DNA of 64,000 nt from a virus (lineage: Duplodnaviria > Heunggongvirae > Uroviricota > Caudoviricetes), in IMG/VR virus record IMGVR_UViG_3300042398_001452; one strand, given 5' to 3'. Positions 18,881 to 28,257 of this stretch are shown piece after piece (position 1 is the stretch's first letter; every line of letters starts with the position of its first letter). The notes under the pieces were generated by a model. It worked only from the letters and a program-made list of their open reading frames with translations, did not search any database and had not been told where the DNA came from. The position numbers were made by a program, and so were the translations under genes.

Positions 18881-21028
18881 ATGAGATATCTTTCACTTTT
18901 TGACGACTTTTCACAAATAGATGAATCATATTCTTTTGATAGTGATTCACTATTTGAAGCTAAGATGAATCAGATGACCGATTTGAAAGAAAATTGCATG
19001 GCTTCATGGGATTTTGAAGATTTTAAGGATTTCTTTAACCCTTATGTTAATGAGAGCGTATCTGATGAGGATAGAGGAATTCTTATGGAGAAAGCCTACT
19101 ATACTTATGAGTTAGGTGTTTTATATGAGCACAACAAAGAATGGTTTAGTGGAAGCGATAATATCTATTATTTAGAGGATAATTCTAATGATGTACCAAG
19201 AGCAATCCTTTTTAAGAATAACCGTCTTCATATAATATCTGGAGAAACATTAAACAAATTAAAAGAGGGATTAGATCTTATATTAAACGAAGGATGGTTA
19301 TCCGATGTGGGAAATTTTTTAGGAAAGGTCAAGGACAAGGCAGTTGGTGCATTTAATAAATATGTTAAAGAGCCTGTAAAAAAAGCTGCTGCTTGGGTGG
19401 GAGATAAAGCAAAAAAAGTTTGGAATGCGGTATCTAGCGGTGCTAAAGCAGTTTGGGAATTTGCTAAAAAAATCGCTTCTGCTGTTGCAGCTTTCGTTAA
19501 GGAAGATCCTATGAATGCTATAGCGATAGGATTAATGATAATATCAGGTATTATATCTTTTATACCCGCAGCAGGTACTGTTATAGGACCGGTTCTTATG
19601 GTTATAGCAGGGGTTATCCAGTTATATACCGGAGGTAGAGATCTAGTAAAAGCTAGTAAGGAAGTAGGAACTGCCGAGAAAGTTTCTGATATAGTAAAAG
19701 GAGGAACTAAAATAGTATTTGGATCTGCTAGTTTACTATTAGGAATAAAAGATATAGTAGCTTCAGCAGCTGCAGCTCTTCCAGGAATGGGAGCAACAGG
19801 TGTTGCTATAAAAGCTTCAGTTACAACTTGGGCAACAAACTTTGGAAAAACTGCTTTTGGTGCTCCTGCTAGTAAAGGCGTAGGTGCAGCATTAGGATGC
19901 TCAGCATGGATCGCAGAGTTTTTCTCTACTCTTTGTTTAAATGCTCCTTTTATGAAAAAATTCGTAGAGGTAGCTGCAGACGGAACTAAAACTATAAAAC
20001 CACAATGGTTATCAGTAGGAACTAAAGGAGCTAATGCTGGATATGCTAAAGGAGTAGATGCTGCTACATCTAAAGAAACAACAGCAGATAAAGTAAAATC
20101 TGGTTTAGATAAAGTTGCAAAGGATACTCAGAAAAAAATGAAGCAAAATGCAAGCTTAGACTCTGATTATTCATCAGGAAGTTTAAATGAAGCTGAAGGT
20201 GGAGGCTGGGGATTCGGAGAATTGGTAATAAATTTCCTTGCTTATATTGGAAGAGCTTGCTTCTCATGGCTATATAAAGCAATTACAGGAGCTTTATCTG
20301 GAATAGGTAAGCTTATAAATGGAATAATGGATTTACCTTCTAGAATAACTAAAGGTATTGATTCATTTAGAGAAAAATATAAATCTTCATTTATCGGAGG
20401 TATATTATCAGGAGCATTATCAACTTTTGTTAAACCTTTCTCTTTTGTAGCTGGTAAATTAATAGATGGGTACATTAAGCCTATAGTTAAACCAATAACT
20501 GGATGGATGATTGGACTAGGAAAAAAAGATGAAGCTATTGCAGCTAAGATAAAAGCAAGTCCTATTCTATCAAAACCTCCCGTACCAGGAGTTAAAGATC
20601 CTGGTAAAGTAACCATAGCTGCTAAAAAAGTAGAGATAACAGCAAAAGATAAAGCAGCAATAAAGAAACTAGGAACAAAAGGTGTAGCAACAATGGTTAA
20701 AGCCGGAGGTGGTACTGAAAAGATGCTGGAAAAAATTAAAAAGGCTCAAGGAGAATTTAAAAAGAAATTTCCAGGGGTTGCTAAAGAAAAAGGAAGCTGG
20801 GGTTCAAGCCCAAGTGGTAAAGCAACCTATACAATAAAATCCAAAGAGGCTGACGGATCAGTAACATTATTCAATGATGGAAAATATACAGTAATATCCG
20901 GACCTAATAAAAAACTAAGGGGGGAGTTTAAAGCAGATAAGGGTGTAAAATTAAAAGAGCCAGAGGATGGATGGAAAAAGAATGAATCAAGAAGATATGT
21001 TTTATCTATAGATAACTTCTTAGGTTGA
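18881..21028 (+). CDS. Large Ala/Gly-rich hydrophobic protein, candidate internal virion/ejection protein (paralog 2)
   Basis: Collinear similarity to 16694-18847 from the N-terminus (ESYxFDSDSLFE) to the C-terminus; GATATATA 18850. Confidence 0.55.
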   Translation: MRYLSLFDDFSQIDESYSFDSDSLFEAKMNQMTDLKENCMASWDFEDFKDFFNPYVNESVSDEDRGILMEKAYYTYELGVLYEHNKEWFSGSDNIYYLEDNSNDVPRAILFKNNRLHIISGETLNKLKEGLDLILNEGWLSDVGNFLGKVKDKAVGAFNKYVKEPVKKAAAWVGDKAKKVWNAVSSGAKAVWEFAKKIASAVAAFVKEDPMNAIAIGLMIISGIISFIPAAGTVIGPVLMVIAGVIQLYTGGRDLVKASKEVGTAEKVSDIVKGGTKIVFGSASLLLGIKDIVASAAAALPGMGATGVAIKASVTTWATNFGKTAFGAPASKGVGAALGCSAWIAEFFSTLCLNAPFMKKFVEVAADGTKTIKPQWLSVGTKGANAGYAKGVDAATSKETTADKVKSGLDKVAKDTQKKMKQNASLDSDYSSGSLNEAEGGGWGFGELVINFLAYIGRACFSWLYKAITGALSGIGKLINGIMDLPSRITKGIDSFREKYKSSFIGGILSGALSTFVKPFSFVAGKLIDGYIKPIVKPITGWMIGLGKKDEAIAAKIKASPILSKPPVPGVKDPGKVTIAAKKVEITAKDKAAIKKLGTKGVATMVKAGGGTEKMLEKIKKAQGEFKKKFPGVAKEKGSWGSSPSGKATYTIKSKEADGSVTLFNDGKYTVISGPNKKLRGEFKADKGVKLKEPEDGWKKNESRRYVLSIDNFLG

Positions 21029-21077
21029 AATTAAAATAAAAAAAGATATATAACATATCAAACAAAAAATAAAAGAA

Positions 21078-22604
21078 ATGAAAAAACAAGTATTATCATT
21101 TAATGAGTTTATTAATGAATCTTACAATGCTATACGAAAAATAACAGAAGGAGACGAATCAGGTGCTACTGATTTAATTACTGCTATAGCTAAGCTAGAA
21201 GAATCTGGGCTTTCGGGGACAGAAAAGGGTAAACTTGAATTACTATCTAATCTTTCATCAATTGCTCAAACTCAAAATAATCCAGATGCTGAGGAATTAT
21301 TAGGAAGTTCTTTATTATCATTTATTGATAGTCTTAGTAATAATTATCTTGAAATATCAAAAGTTATTTCAAAAACTAATATTATTCAATACCCATATTT
21401 AGTAAATGGAAATGTTATAGTTAGTACAGGAGAAGATACTGCAGAGAATTTTAATTTAGTAGATTATCTTTACGCTATTAATCTAAGTAATTGTAATAAT
21501 AAAAATACAGGAACTAACGATGGGGTGAATTGGAAAAAATTACAAACTGATAAAAGATTTAGCGCATCCAATATCTCAGGTAAAGGAATAGCTAAGGTAG
21601 GAAACCTTATTAAGTCTTTCTTCCAAAGAGATCGATATAAGAACGAGGTTAATGATCCAACAAAAAACAGTAAATATTTAGATGGATCGGGATTGTTAGG
21701 ACAGGAAGTAATTTTCGGAATAGATAGCAATAACATAAAAACATTTCAAGCTATAGAGGTAGAGAGAGATATGCTTTTAGGTGGTTATGATAGAAAGAAA
21801 GGTGGTAAAGATGACAGAAAGGGATTATCTAATGTACCAGGAAATAAAAGTGTTCTCAAAAATATAGAATACGAACCTCCTCTTGGAGCAGTAATGCAAA
21901 AATATCAAGGTGATCCAGCTATTGGAAAGGATAGTTTATCAAAAAACCCTAAAGCATATTTTACATTAGTTCTTTATAATATAGGGAAATCTACAAAAAA
22001 TGCTAAAGGTATAAAATATACAGAAATGGTATTAACTCCTAAACTAGTACCAAAAGGAATTGTTAAAACGTACACTGAGACTATTTTTAATAATACAGAT
22101 AATGGAAATGGTAATGATTATGTATTATTTGAACAAAATAAATCAGTTCTATTAGATAAAGGAAAAGAAAATATAAAAGCATTAATACAAAGTTTTTATT
22201 CTATAGAATCTATAGAAATACAAGGATCTGCATCAGATGAGGGGACTCTAAAAATTAATGAAGATCTTTGTAAAGCAAGAGCAGAATCTGTCCAGACATT
22301 TATAAATGGTGCAGAATGTAAAGTATTTAATATACCAGCTGCTAAGGTAACAGTTTCAAAAAAACTAGATATACAAGCTCCTGTTGCTGTAAATTTAGAT
22401 GCTGCTGAGAAGGAGAAATTAAGAAAACCACATAGAAAAGTTACATTTATAATAAAAGGTACTAAATCTAATGAAACTCCTGATATGCAGCTTGTAAATG
22501 AATATTCACCAACCATCGGATTATTTTACCCAGAGACCGTTGAAATATATCAAACAGTACTAACACTGGAGGTTAAAAAAAGAAAAGGACCTATCAGAGC
22601 TTAA
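21078..22604 (+). CDS. OmpA-like peptidoglycan-binding domain protein with capsid-targeting-like N-terminus (paralog 1)
   Basis: MKKQVLSFNEFINESY; VLFEQNKS.L, IEIQGSASDEG, NEDLCKARAESV, HRKV. Confidence 0.7.
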   Translation: MKKQVLSFNEFINESYNAIRKITEGDESGATDLITAIAKLEESGLSGTEKGKLELLSNLSSIAQTQNNPDAEELLGSSLLSFIDSLSNNYLEISKVISKTNIIQYPYLVNGNVIVSTGEDTAENFNLVDYLYAINLSNCNNKNTGTNDGVNWKKLQTDKRFSASNISGKGIAKVGNLIKSFFQRDRYKNEVNDPTKNSKYLDGSGLLGQEVIFGIDSNNIKTFQAIEVERDMLLGGYDRKKGGKDDRKGLSNVPGNKSVLKNIEYEPPLGAVMQKYQGDPAIGKDSLSKNPKAYFTLVLYNIGKSTKNAKGIKYTEMVLTPKLVPKGIVKTYTETIFNNTDNGNGNDYVLFEQNKSVLLDKGKENIKALIQSFYSIESIEIQGSASDEGTLKINEDLCKARAESVQTFINGAECKVFNIPAAKVTVSKKLDIQAPVAVNLDAAEKEKLRKPHRKVTFIIKGTKSNETPDMQLVNEYSPTIGLFYPETVEIYQTVLTLEVKKRKGPIRA

Positions 22605-22605
22605 T

Positions 22606-22636
22606 AAAAAAAAGGATCCCAAAAGGATCCTTTTTT
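22606..22636. terminator. Bidirectional intrinsic terminator
   Basis: AAAAAAGGATCC-caaaa-GGATCCTTTTTT between convergent genes. Confidence 0.8.
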
Positions 22637-22652
22637 ATGTTTTTATGTTTTT

Positions 22653-23081
22653 TTATTTCAAAGCGACAACCAAATAATATTTATTATCTTTCTTTATACA
22701 TTCTACCCAAAATCTGTTTGCGTCTATTAATGGCATGTAGTCTGAGAATTTTTTGTTTAATATCATTTTAGTCAATGATGTACATAAACCTTCGGATAAA
22801 TACATTTCTGGAAGATCCTCTAATTCCCAAATTTGATAAAAATATGCAAGATTCTCTTTATTTTTATCATTTATTCCTTCAGTCTCTCTTGATACAACGT
22901 TTATGCAGCTTTGTCTTAGACCTTCGTCCAATTCAACATCATGATTAAATAATGAAGTTAATGTGTTATCAAAAGAAGATACTATTTTTTCAAATCCTAT
23001 TGAATTGGGATTTATTGGATTACTGTAGCTATTAAATCCGATTAAAGATGTTAATAAAATTGCTAAGATTAACTTTTTCAT
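22653..23081 (-). CDS. Secreted/periplasmic small protein (paralog 1)
   Basis: Sec signal MKKLILAILLTSLIGFNSYS; C-term FSDY...FWVE..K.Y.VVA shared with 24730-25182. Confidence 0.65.
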   Translation of the reverse strand: MKKLILAILLTSLIGFNSYSNPINPNSIGFEKIVSSFDNTLTSLFNHDVELDEGLRQSCINVVSRETEGINDKNKENLAYFYQIWELEDLPEMYLSEGLCTSLTKMILNKKFSDYMPLIDANRFWVECIKKDNKYYLVVALK

Positions 23082-23110
23082 AATTTTTATTTTTTAATTG
23101 TTAGACAAGA

Positions 23111-23147
23111 CAAATATAGAGTATTATCTAACAATAAAAAAAGGATT
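23111..23147 (-). promoter_or_regulatory. Class I promoter (minus strand)
   Basis: AATCCTTTTTTT from 23147, TATATTTG from 23118 (29-nt offset). Confidence 0.65.
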
Positions 23148-23195
23148 TCTAAAAAAAAAAGATATATAACATATCATACAAAAAAATAAAAGAAA

Positions 23196-24668
23196 ATGAA
23201 AAAACAAGTATTATCATTTACCGAGTTTGTCAATGAATCATATTACATGATGATTAACGAAGGTAAAACATGGGAAGATGTTAAAACGTTATTAGGAGAC
23301 AGGATAAATGATGAGACGGCTGCAATATTGGCTTATGTTGAAGATTGTCTTGGATCTGATGCAAGAAAAGGGATTAAAGGAGTTGATTTGTTAGCTTCAG
23401 CAGGAGCATCTTTCTCTAAGGTTATCTCTGACAGATTTGACGGGAAATTTACAGACATAGTAGAGGTTAATACTCTTATTAGTGATATAGAATATAATGA
23501 GGTAATACAAGGAAGTTTTTATGTTGTTAAAGGATCTCCTATAGGATCTGCCTTTGTAATGGGAGGTGATACTAAAAATGTCGGTGCATTTACAGAACAA
23601 TCTGGTATGATGAAAATGGAGGATCTATTAAATCTTATCAATTTAAAAAATATGAATAAATTAAGTGGTCCTTATGCTGCCGCATCTGGATCTGGAAAAG
23701 AAGCAGAATTTGCTAATATTAATAAAGAAGATAAAGCAGAGGCTGATAATATTTTAGGTCGTTGGTTTGGTGTTGTTAAAGCAGGTGAACGTAAAAAAAT
23801 AAGAGGGAGTGGATCTCAAGATCAATATTATATAACAAAAGCTGATCCCCAAATTCAGATTGAAAAATGGGAAAATAAAGCAAAGGTTACTCCAGTTACG
23901 GGGGTTGAGACTGTAGATATGTCAGCAGATATTGGGCAGAAATCAAAATATAAACCAGGAACAAATACAACAAAGATTAAAGATCAGAGAAGTAAAAAAG
24001 CATCAATGGCTCAATTTACTTATGTTTTTTATGCTTTAGATCCTAAGTCAGTAACAAGAGGAAAAGGTAAAGGCGTTAAGAAAACTTTTACGGATGTAAA
24101 AGAGGTTAAAATAGAGGTAAAAGACCCAACTGTTACTGAATCATTAGAAATACAAGATAATGGAGTTCTTTTCAAAGTTAATACTGCAACTTTAACTGAA
24201 GAGGGAAAGAAAAATATCTATAATGCTTTAAGTTCTAACTTTACTTCAATAGCTGAGATCGAAGTTCAAGGATCTGCATCACAAGAAGGAGATAATGCTA
24301 ATAATGTGAAACTTTGTAAAGATAGAGCAGCAGCAGTAGTAACTTATTTAAAGACTGTTACTGGAGCTAAACTTACTGCTTCTGAAAGTGCTAATATCCA
24401 GCCTGCTACTCCAGTAGCTGATGAGGCAACAAGAAAAACTTGGAGAAACGTTACCTTAACTATAAAAGGTACTAAAATAAATCCAGGAGAGAAGAAGGAT
24501 AAAATTATATATGTTCCTATAACTGGTAAAGTTGCTTGTGATAAAGTTATGATAAAAGAATTACAGATGACTTTCGTAGTTCAAATAGATCCTGACAAAG
24601 CTAAAAAGGGAGGATTATTTAAGAAAGGTGTAGATAAAGACGAAAAAGGTGTAAGAACAAGAGATTAA
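23196..24668 (+). CDS. OmpA-like domain protein with capsid-targeting-like N-terminus (paralog 2)
   Basis: MKKQVLSFTEFVNESY; VLFKVNTATL, IEVQGSASQEG, NVKLCKDRAAAV, WRNV; GATATATA 23161. Confidence 0.7.
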   Translation: MKKQVLSFTEFVNESYYMMINEGKTWEDVKTLLGDRINDETAAILAYVEDCLGSDARKGIKGVDLLASAGASFSKVISDRFDGKFTDIVEVNTLISDIEYNEVIQGSFYVVKGSPIGSAFVMGGDTKNVGAFTEQSGMMKMEDLLNLINLKNMNKLSGPYAAASGSGKEAEFANINKEDKAEADNILGRWFGVVKAGERKKIRGSGSQDQYYITKADPQIQIEKWENKAKVTPVTGVETVDMSADIGQKSKYKPGTNTTKIKDQRSKKASMAQFTYVFYALDPKSVTRGKGKGVKKTFTDVKEVKIEVKDPTVTESLEIQDNGVLFKVNTATLTEEGKKNIYNALSSNFTSIAEIEVQGSASQEGDNANNVKLCKDRAAAVVTYLKTVTGAKLTASESANIQPATPVADEATRKTWRNVTLTIKGTKINPGEKKDKIIYVPITGKVACDKVMIKELQMTFVVQIDPDKAKKGGLFKKGVDKDEKGVRTRD

Positions 24669-24680
24669 ACAATAAAAAAC

Positions 24681-24715
24681 AAAAAAAATCCGTCTTCTAG
24701 AAGGCGGATTTTTTT
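24681..24715. terminator. Bidirectional intrinsic terminator
   Basis: A8-TCCGTCTT / AAGGCGGA-T-run hairpin. Confidence 0.75.
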
Positions 24716-24729
24716 GTGACCTATATTTT

Positions 24730-25182
24730 TTAGTCTATTGCTACGATGAAGTAACATTTATCTCCAACGATAACTTCTTCTACCCAGAATTTTGATGGTT
24801 TATAGATTTGGAAGTAATCACTAAATTCATGTCTTTCGATTGTTTCCTGTACAACTTCGTAGAAGAATGAATGAGGAATAAGATCATAGTACTCCATCGG
24901 AATAGTTGCTGATGAATGGATGTGTCCCTCTCCTTCCACTGGGTCTGAAGATACCCCAGTTTTTACTTCTTTGTAATAGTTAATACATCCATTTTTAAGA
25001 GAAGGATCAAGCTTTAGGCTGTATCCGTATTGGCTCTTCAAAAAGGTGGAAATAGAATCTACAATTGAAGAAAAGTTTTTATGTACTGGAGGATCTGCAG
25101 CAAAAGATACAGAACTAATCAATACAAATGAAAGACAAATCGCTAAAGATTTTAATCCTTTTGAAAAAATTGTTGTTTTCAT
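24730..25182 (-). CDS. Secreted/periplasmic small protein (paralog 2)
   Basis: Signal peptide ending SFA; similar to 22653-23081. Confidence 0.65.
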   Translation of the reverse strand: MKTTIFSKGLKSLAICLSFVLISSVSFAADPPVHKNFSSIVDSISTFLKSQYGYSLKLDPSLKNGCINYYKEVKTGVSSDPVEGEGHIHSSATIPMEYYDLIPHSFFYEVVQETIERHEFSDYFQIYKPSKFWVEEVIVGDKCYFIVAID

Positions 25183-25211
25183 AATTTTTGTTTTTTAATT
25201 GTTAGACAAAA

Positions 25212-25248
25212 CAAATGTAGAGCATTATGAGTAATAAAAAAAAGGATT
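25212..25248 (-). promoter_or_regulatory. Class I promoter (minus strand)
   Basis: AATCCTTTTTTT from 25248, TACATTTG from 25219. Confidence 0.65.
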
Positions 25249-25325
25249 CCTGAAAAAAATAAATATATTTATCAGCACACAAAAAAAGACCCCTTTCGAG
25301 GCCTTTTCTGTTTGATCGAGTTTGA

Positions 25326-25679
25326 TTAGGCGTTAGCCCAAACAAATCCTCCTGCAGTTTTCATAATTCCACGAACTACTTTAGAGATTGAACCAGTGTT
25401 AACTCCTGTTGCTCTTTCAGCATCAGACATTGAGTTATATTTTCTAATTCTTCTCCCTCTAGGAGTTAATTGAATCACTGCAATAGTGTTTCTGTTAGAA
25501 GTTTTAGCTTTTTTAGAAACTGCTTTAGAAGGAGTTGCTGGTGTAGATTTAGCAACAACTTTTACAGTTTTCATTTTTGGAGCCACTGCCTTAGTAGCTT
25601 TAGGAGCTGTCTTAACAACAGCTTTAACCGCTTTAGCTTTAGTAGTAGCCTTAACAGTTTTCTTTGCTTTTGTACTCAT
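25326..25679 (-). CDS. Histone H1-like Lys/Ala-rich protein fused to a NUMOD1 HTH domain
   Basis: KAKKTVKATTKAKAVKA tract, then VIQLT..G..IRKYNSMSDAERATGV..SISKVVRG..KTAGGFVW. Confidence 0.7.
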   Translation of the reverse strand: MSTKAKKTVKATTKAKAVKAVVKTAPKATKAVAPKMKTVKVVAKSTPATPSKAVSKKAKTSNRNTIAVIQLTPRGRRIRKYNSMSDAERATGVNTGSISKVVRGIMKTAGGFVWANA

Positions 25680-25768
25680 TTTTGTTTTTTTATGATTATA
25701 TAATTTATACTAATTTAACTGTGAAAAGTTTCATTTAAAAGGCTTTAGGTGATGATATATAGGTTAAG

Positions 25769-25930
25769 ATGAAAAAGAAAAAAAGTCGTATTAAAACTTT
25801 TAAAAACTGGCTTCTAGCTAGGGATTCATCTAGTCGTATATCTTCTGAACCTACTTATAGGGGTTTCTTTGAATCTAATGAGGATAACAATGAAGCTTTA
25901 AGATTTAGATTTCCTAGATCTAATAGATGA
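25769..25930 (+). CDS. Small ORF (53 aa, not in track) with capsid-targeting-like motif
   Basis: MKKKKSRIKTFKNWL...; GATATATA at 25754; overlaps the end of the convergent gene by 33 nt. Confidence 0.4.
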   Translation: MKKKKSRIKTFKNWLLARDSSSRISSEPTYRGFFESNEDNNEALRFRFPRSNR

Positions 25931-26905
25931 CTTCTTTTTATAGGACACTTTAGCTTGGCCTATTCTGTCTAGTGTAAATTTATTCAGATCCTCAAATACT
26001 ATATACTGAAAAGGCTCTTCCTTATTCTTGGATTCGTATATTATTATGGAATTTAAAGAGCATAATATAAAATATTGCTCTAATGGGATAGGAGAAAGGT
26101 CACCAATACCTAGTATATTATTGACATAATCGTTTAACTCCCTCTTTTGAACCCTTGTAGTTCTATTAGGATCTATAATTGAAGCTAGATTTACACTTAG
26201 CATACCCCTTCCTAGCCAGTTTCTTAAAGAATTTCTCACTATAGAATAGTTGACATACTCCTTAGGCGATTCTGGGCTTATTTTAAATACTATTTTGTCG
26301 TCAGTTTTAGATTCAAGCTTCCAGATGTTGCTGTTTAGCTCGATGTAACCCCTAGGGCAAAGAAAACTCTCACAAAAATGCCTTAATCCTTTTCTTATAT
26401 CATTATTATTAGCATCGGTTAGGCTCATAATGAATCCTCCTTGTACTAAAGCTTGTATAATTGTTCCTAAATCAGTAAAAAATGAGGTGGCTTCTGTTAA
26501 TCTGAAGTTTTCTCCATATGATTTCACCTCCATTTTATCGCTAGAATCAATGAATAGTATGTCTGGATTCCTTTTACCTCCACTATAGCTTCTGCTTGAT
26601 AGGAGTAAACACATTATTTCTCCTGGCCCTAGATATGAATGACTCCAGTCTGAAACAAAGTAAAAGGTCTTTGATAGCTTTTTCTCCCCAACAAGAAATT
26701 TATTAAGGTTATTTAATGATTCCTTTAGAGTATTTTCTCTGTTTTGTTTAATAAATTCCCAAAAAATCTTAAAGGACTTTTGATTATCATTTATGTGGGA
26801 GTAGAATGATGATAGAAATCTTTTAGATATGGTTGCACTAATTGATTTAGTTTTGAAATAATCATCAAATTCCTGTTTGTATATCTCAAAAACCGTCCTC
26901 CTCAT
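25898..26905 (-). CDS. Putative PD-(D/E)xK nuclease-fold protein
   Basis: GPGEI...GGKRNPDILF...MEVKSY. Confidence 0.45.
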   Translation of the reverse strand: MRRTVFEIYKQEFDDYFKTKSISATISKRFLSSFYSHINDNQKSFKIFWEFIKQNRENTLKESLNNLNKFLVGEKKLSKTFYFVSDWSHSYLGPGEIMCLLLSSRSYSGGKRNPDILFIDSSDKMEVKSYGENFRLTEATSFFTDLGTIIQALVQGGFIMSLTDANNNDIRKGLRHFCESFLCPRGYIELNSNIWKLESKTDDKIVFKISPESPKEYVNYSIVRNSLRNWLGRGMLSVNLASIIDPNRTTRVQKRELNDYVNNILGIGDLSPIPLEQYFILCSLNSIIIYESKNKEEPFQYIVFEDLNKFTLDRIGQAKVSYKKKSSIRSRKSKS

Positions 26906-26937
26906 TCATAATATTATATCTAAAAAGTCATAATAAG

Positions 26938-28056
26938 TTACAAATCATCCTTTTGCCAGAAGGGCTTTTGGTATTTAGGTCTTAAAATTCTCCATAGTAT
27001 TCTGTCATACTTCTTCCTATCCCAGATAGCTAAGCATATAGCTCTTATTGGAGCTTCAGTTTTGCAAAAATCAAGATGTTCGGCGAATTGTTTTTTAGTT
27101 GGCTCAGGATCTCTATCTCCATATTTGCCATATCTAAAATAGTCATGAATCTTTCCTGCTCTTTCTTCAACTCTATATTTGTGATAGTTAAGATCACTTA
27201 TTATTCCTCTAACCCATTTATCGAATTCATCAGGGACATTTTCTAGAATCTCATCTATATTCTTACCATCTCTTAAAGCTTCCCATATATCCACATTAGA
27301 AAACCCTGTTATTAATCGGTGTAACCTTACATAATCATCAAATTTTATCTTCATCCTGAAATAAGGCTGAAATATAACTACGAATCCCTCCTCATTATAG
27401 AGATTTTGAGACTTTAAGGTATCATAAAGATCCTTTCCAAAAACAAAGTGCTGCTCGGTTTTAATTATATCACCTCTTTTTATACCGCTTCCCTTAAAAA
27501 TTGCTAAAGAAGTTGTCCAATGATTCTCTAAACCTCCTTCAGAAGTACTCAGAAAGACTATTTTCTCCTTATTTTTATAATCTACAACTATTTTATTTTC
27601 TGGATATACTATTTCAACTATATAAGAAATGTGAGTCATAAAGTTATGTTCGAAGAACTTATATTTTTTCTTCAGTATCTCCATTCCCCTCTTAGATTGG
27701 TCGGACGTAAAAGATCCCCGTGTTGCTAAATGCCATTCTCTCTCATAATAGAATAGAATACCTAGAGAACCGTCTATCTTTTTTTGTATATAAACATAAT
27801 CTGATCTGGAAGGTAATCTATCCTTAACCTCTTCATAATTAAAAAATTTCTCAAATGCAGAAGCTATCACGTATCCATCCTTATCTATTACTGTTCCTCT
27901 CATGGACAGTGTTAATTCGTCCCAATCATTATTGTATTGAGTTTCCCTTGTGTAATTGTATATAGATATAGGAAGTGTAGGATGATCATTTTTCTCTATT
28001 CTTCCATCTTTAATATATTTTTTTAAAATATTAAGGTCGTACTTCTTTCTTTCCAT
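26938..28056 (-). CDS. T4 Rnl1-like RNA ligase
   Basis: AFEKFFN, KKIDGSLG (motif I), ATRGSF, EIVYPEN, EEGFVV, MKIKFDDY. Confidence 0.88.
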   Translation of the reverse strand: MERKKYDLNILKKYIKDGRIEKNDHPTLPISIYNYTRETQYNNDWDELTLSMRGTVIDKDGYVIASAFEKFFNYEEVKDRLPSRSDYVYIQKKIDGSLGILFYYEREWHLATRGSFTSDQSKRGMEILKKKYKFFEHNFMTHISYIVEIVYPENKIVVDYKNKEKIVFLSTSEGGLENHWTTSLAIFKGSGIKRGDIIKTEQHFVFGKDLYDTLKSQNLYNEEGFVVIFQPYFRMKIKFDDYVRLHRLITGFSNVDIWEALRDGKNIDEILENVPDEFDKWVRGIISDLNYHKYRVEERAGKIHDYFRYGKYGDRDPEPTKKQFAEHLDFCKTEAPIRAICLAIWDRKKYDRILWRILRPKYQKPFWQKDDL

Positions 28057-28257
28057 TCCACAAAATTAGTAAATAAATAAAAATAAAAAAACCGATTCCG
28101 AAGAACCGGTTTTTGAGAGATATGGAGAAGCAAAAGTCTTTAAAACCTTTGCTGGGATATAATATTTATCATGTTAAATAATAAAAGTTTCATACATTAA
28201 TGAAAACCCCGAAGTCCCGTGAAGCTTTGAGATATATAGAATAACAAAAAACGAAAT

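Noticed and set aside
17527-22516. Long antisense ORFs inside large genes (e.g. 17527-18138, 20242-20616, 22196-22516; also 9262-9738, 46575-47282)
   Set aside because: Shadows of codon bias in the sense genes; no independent signals or domains
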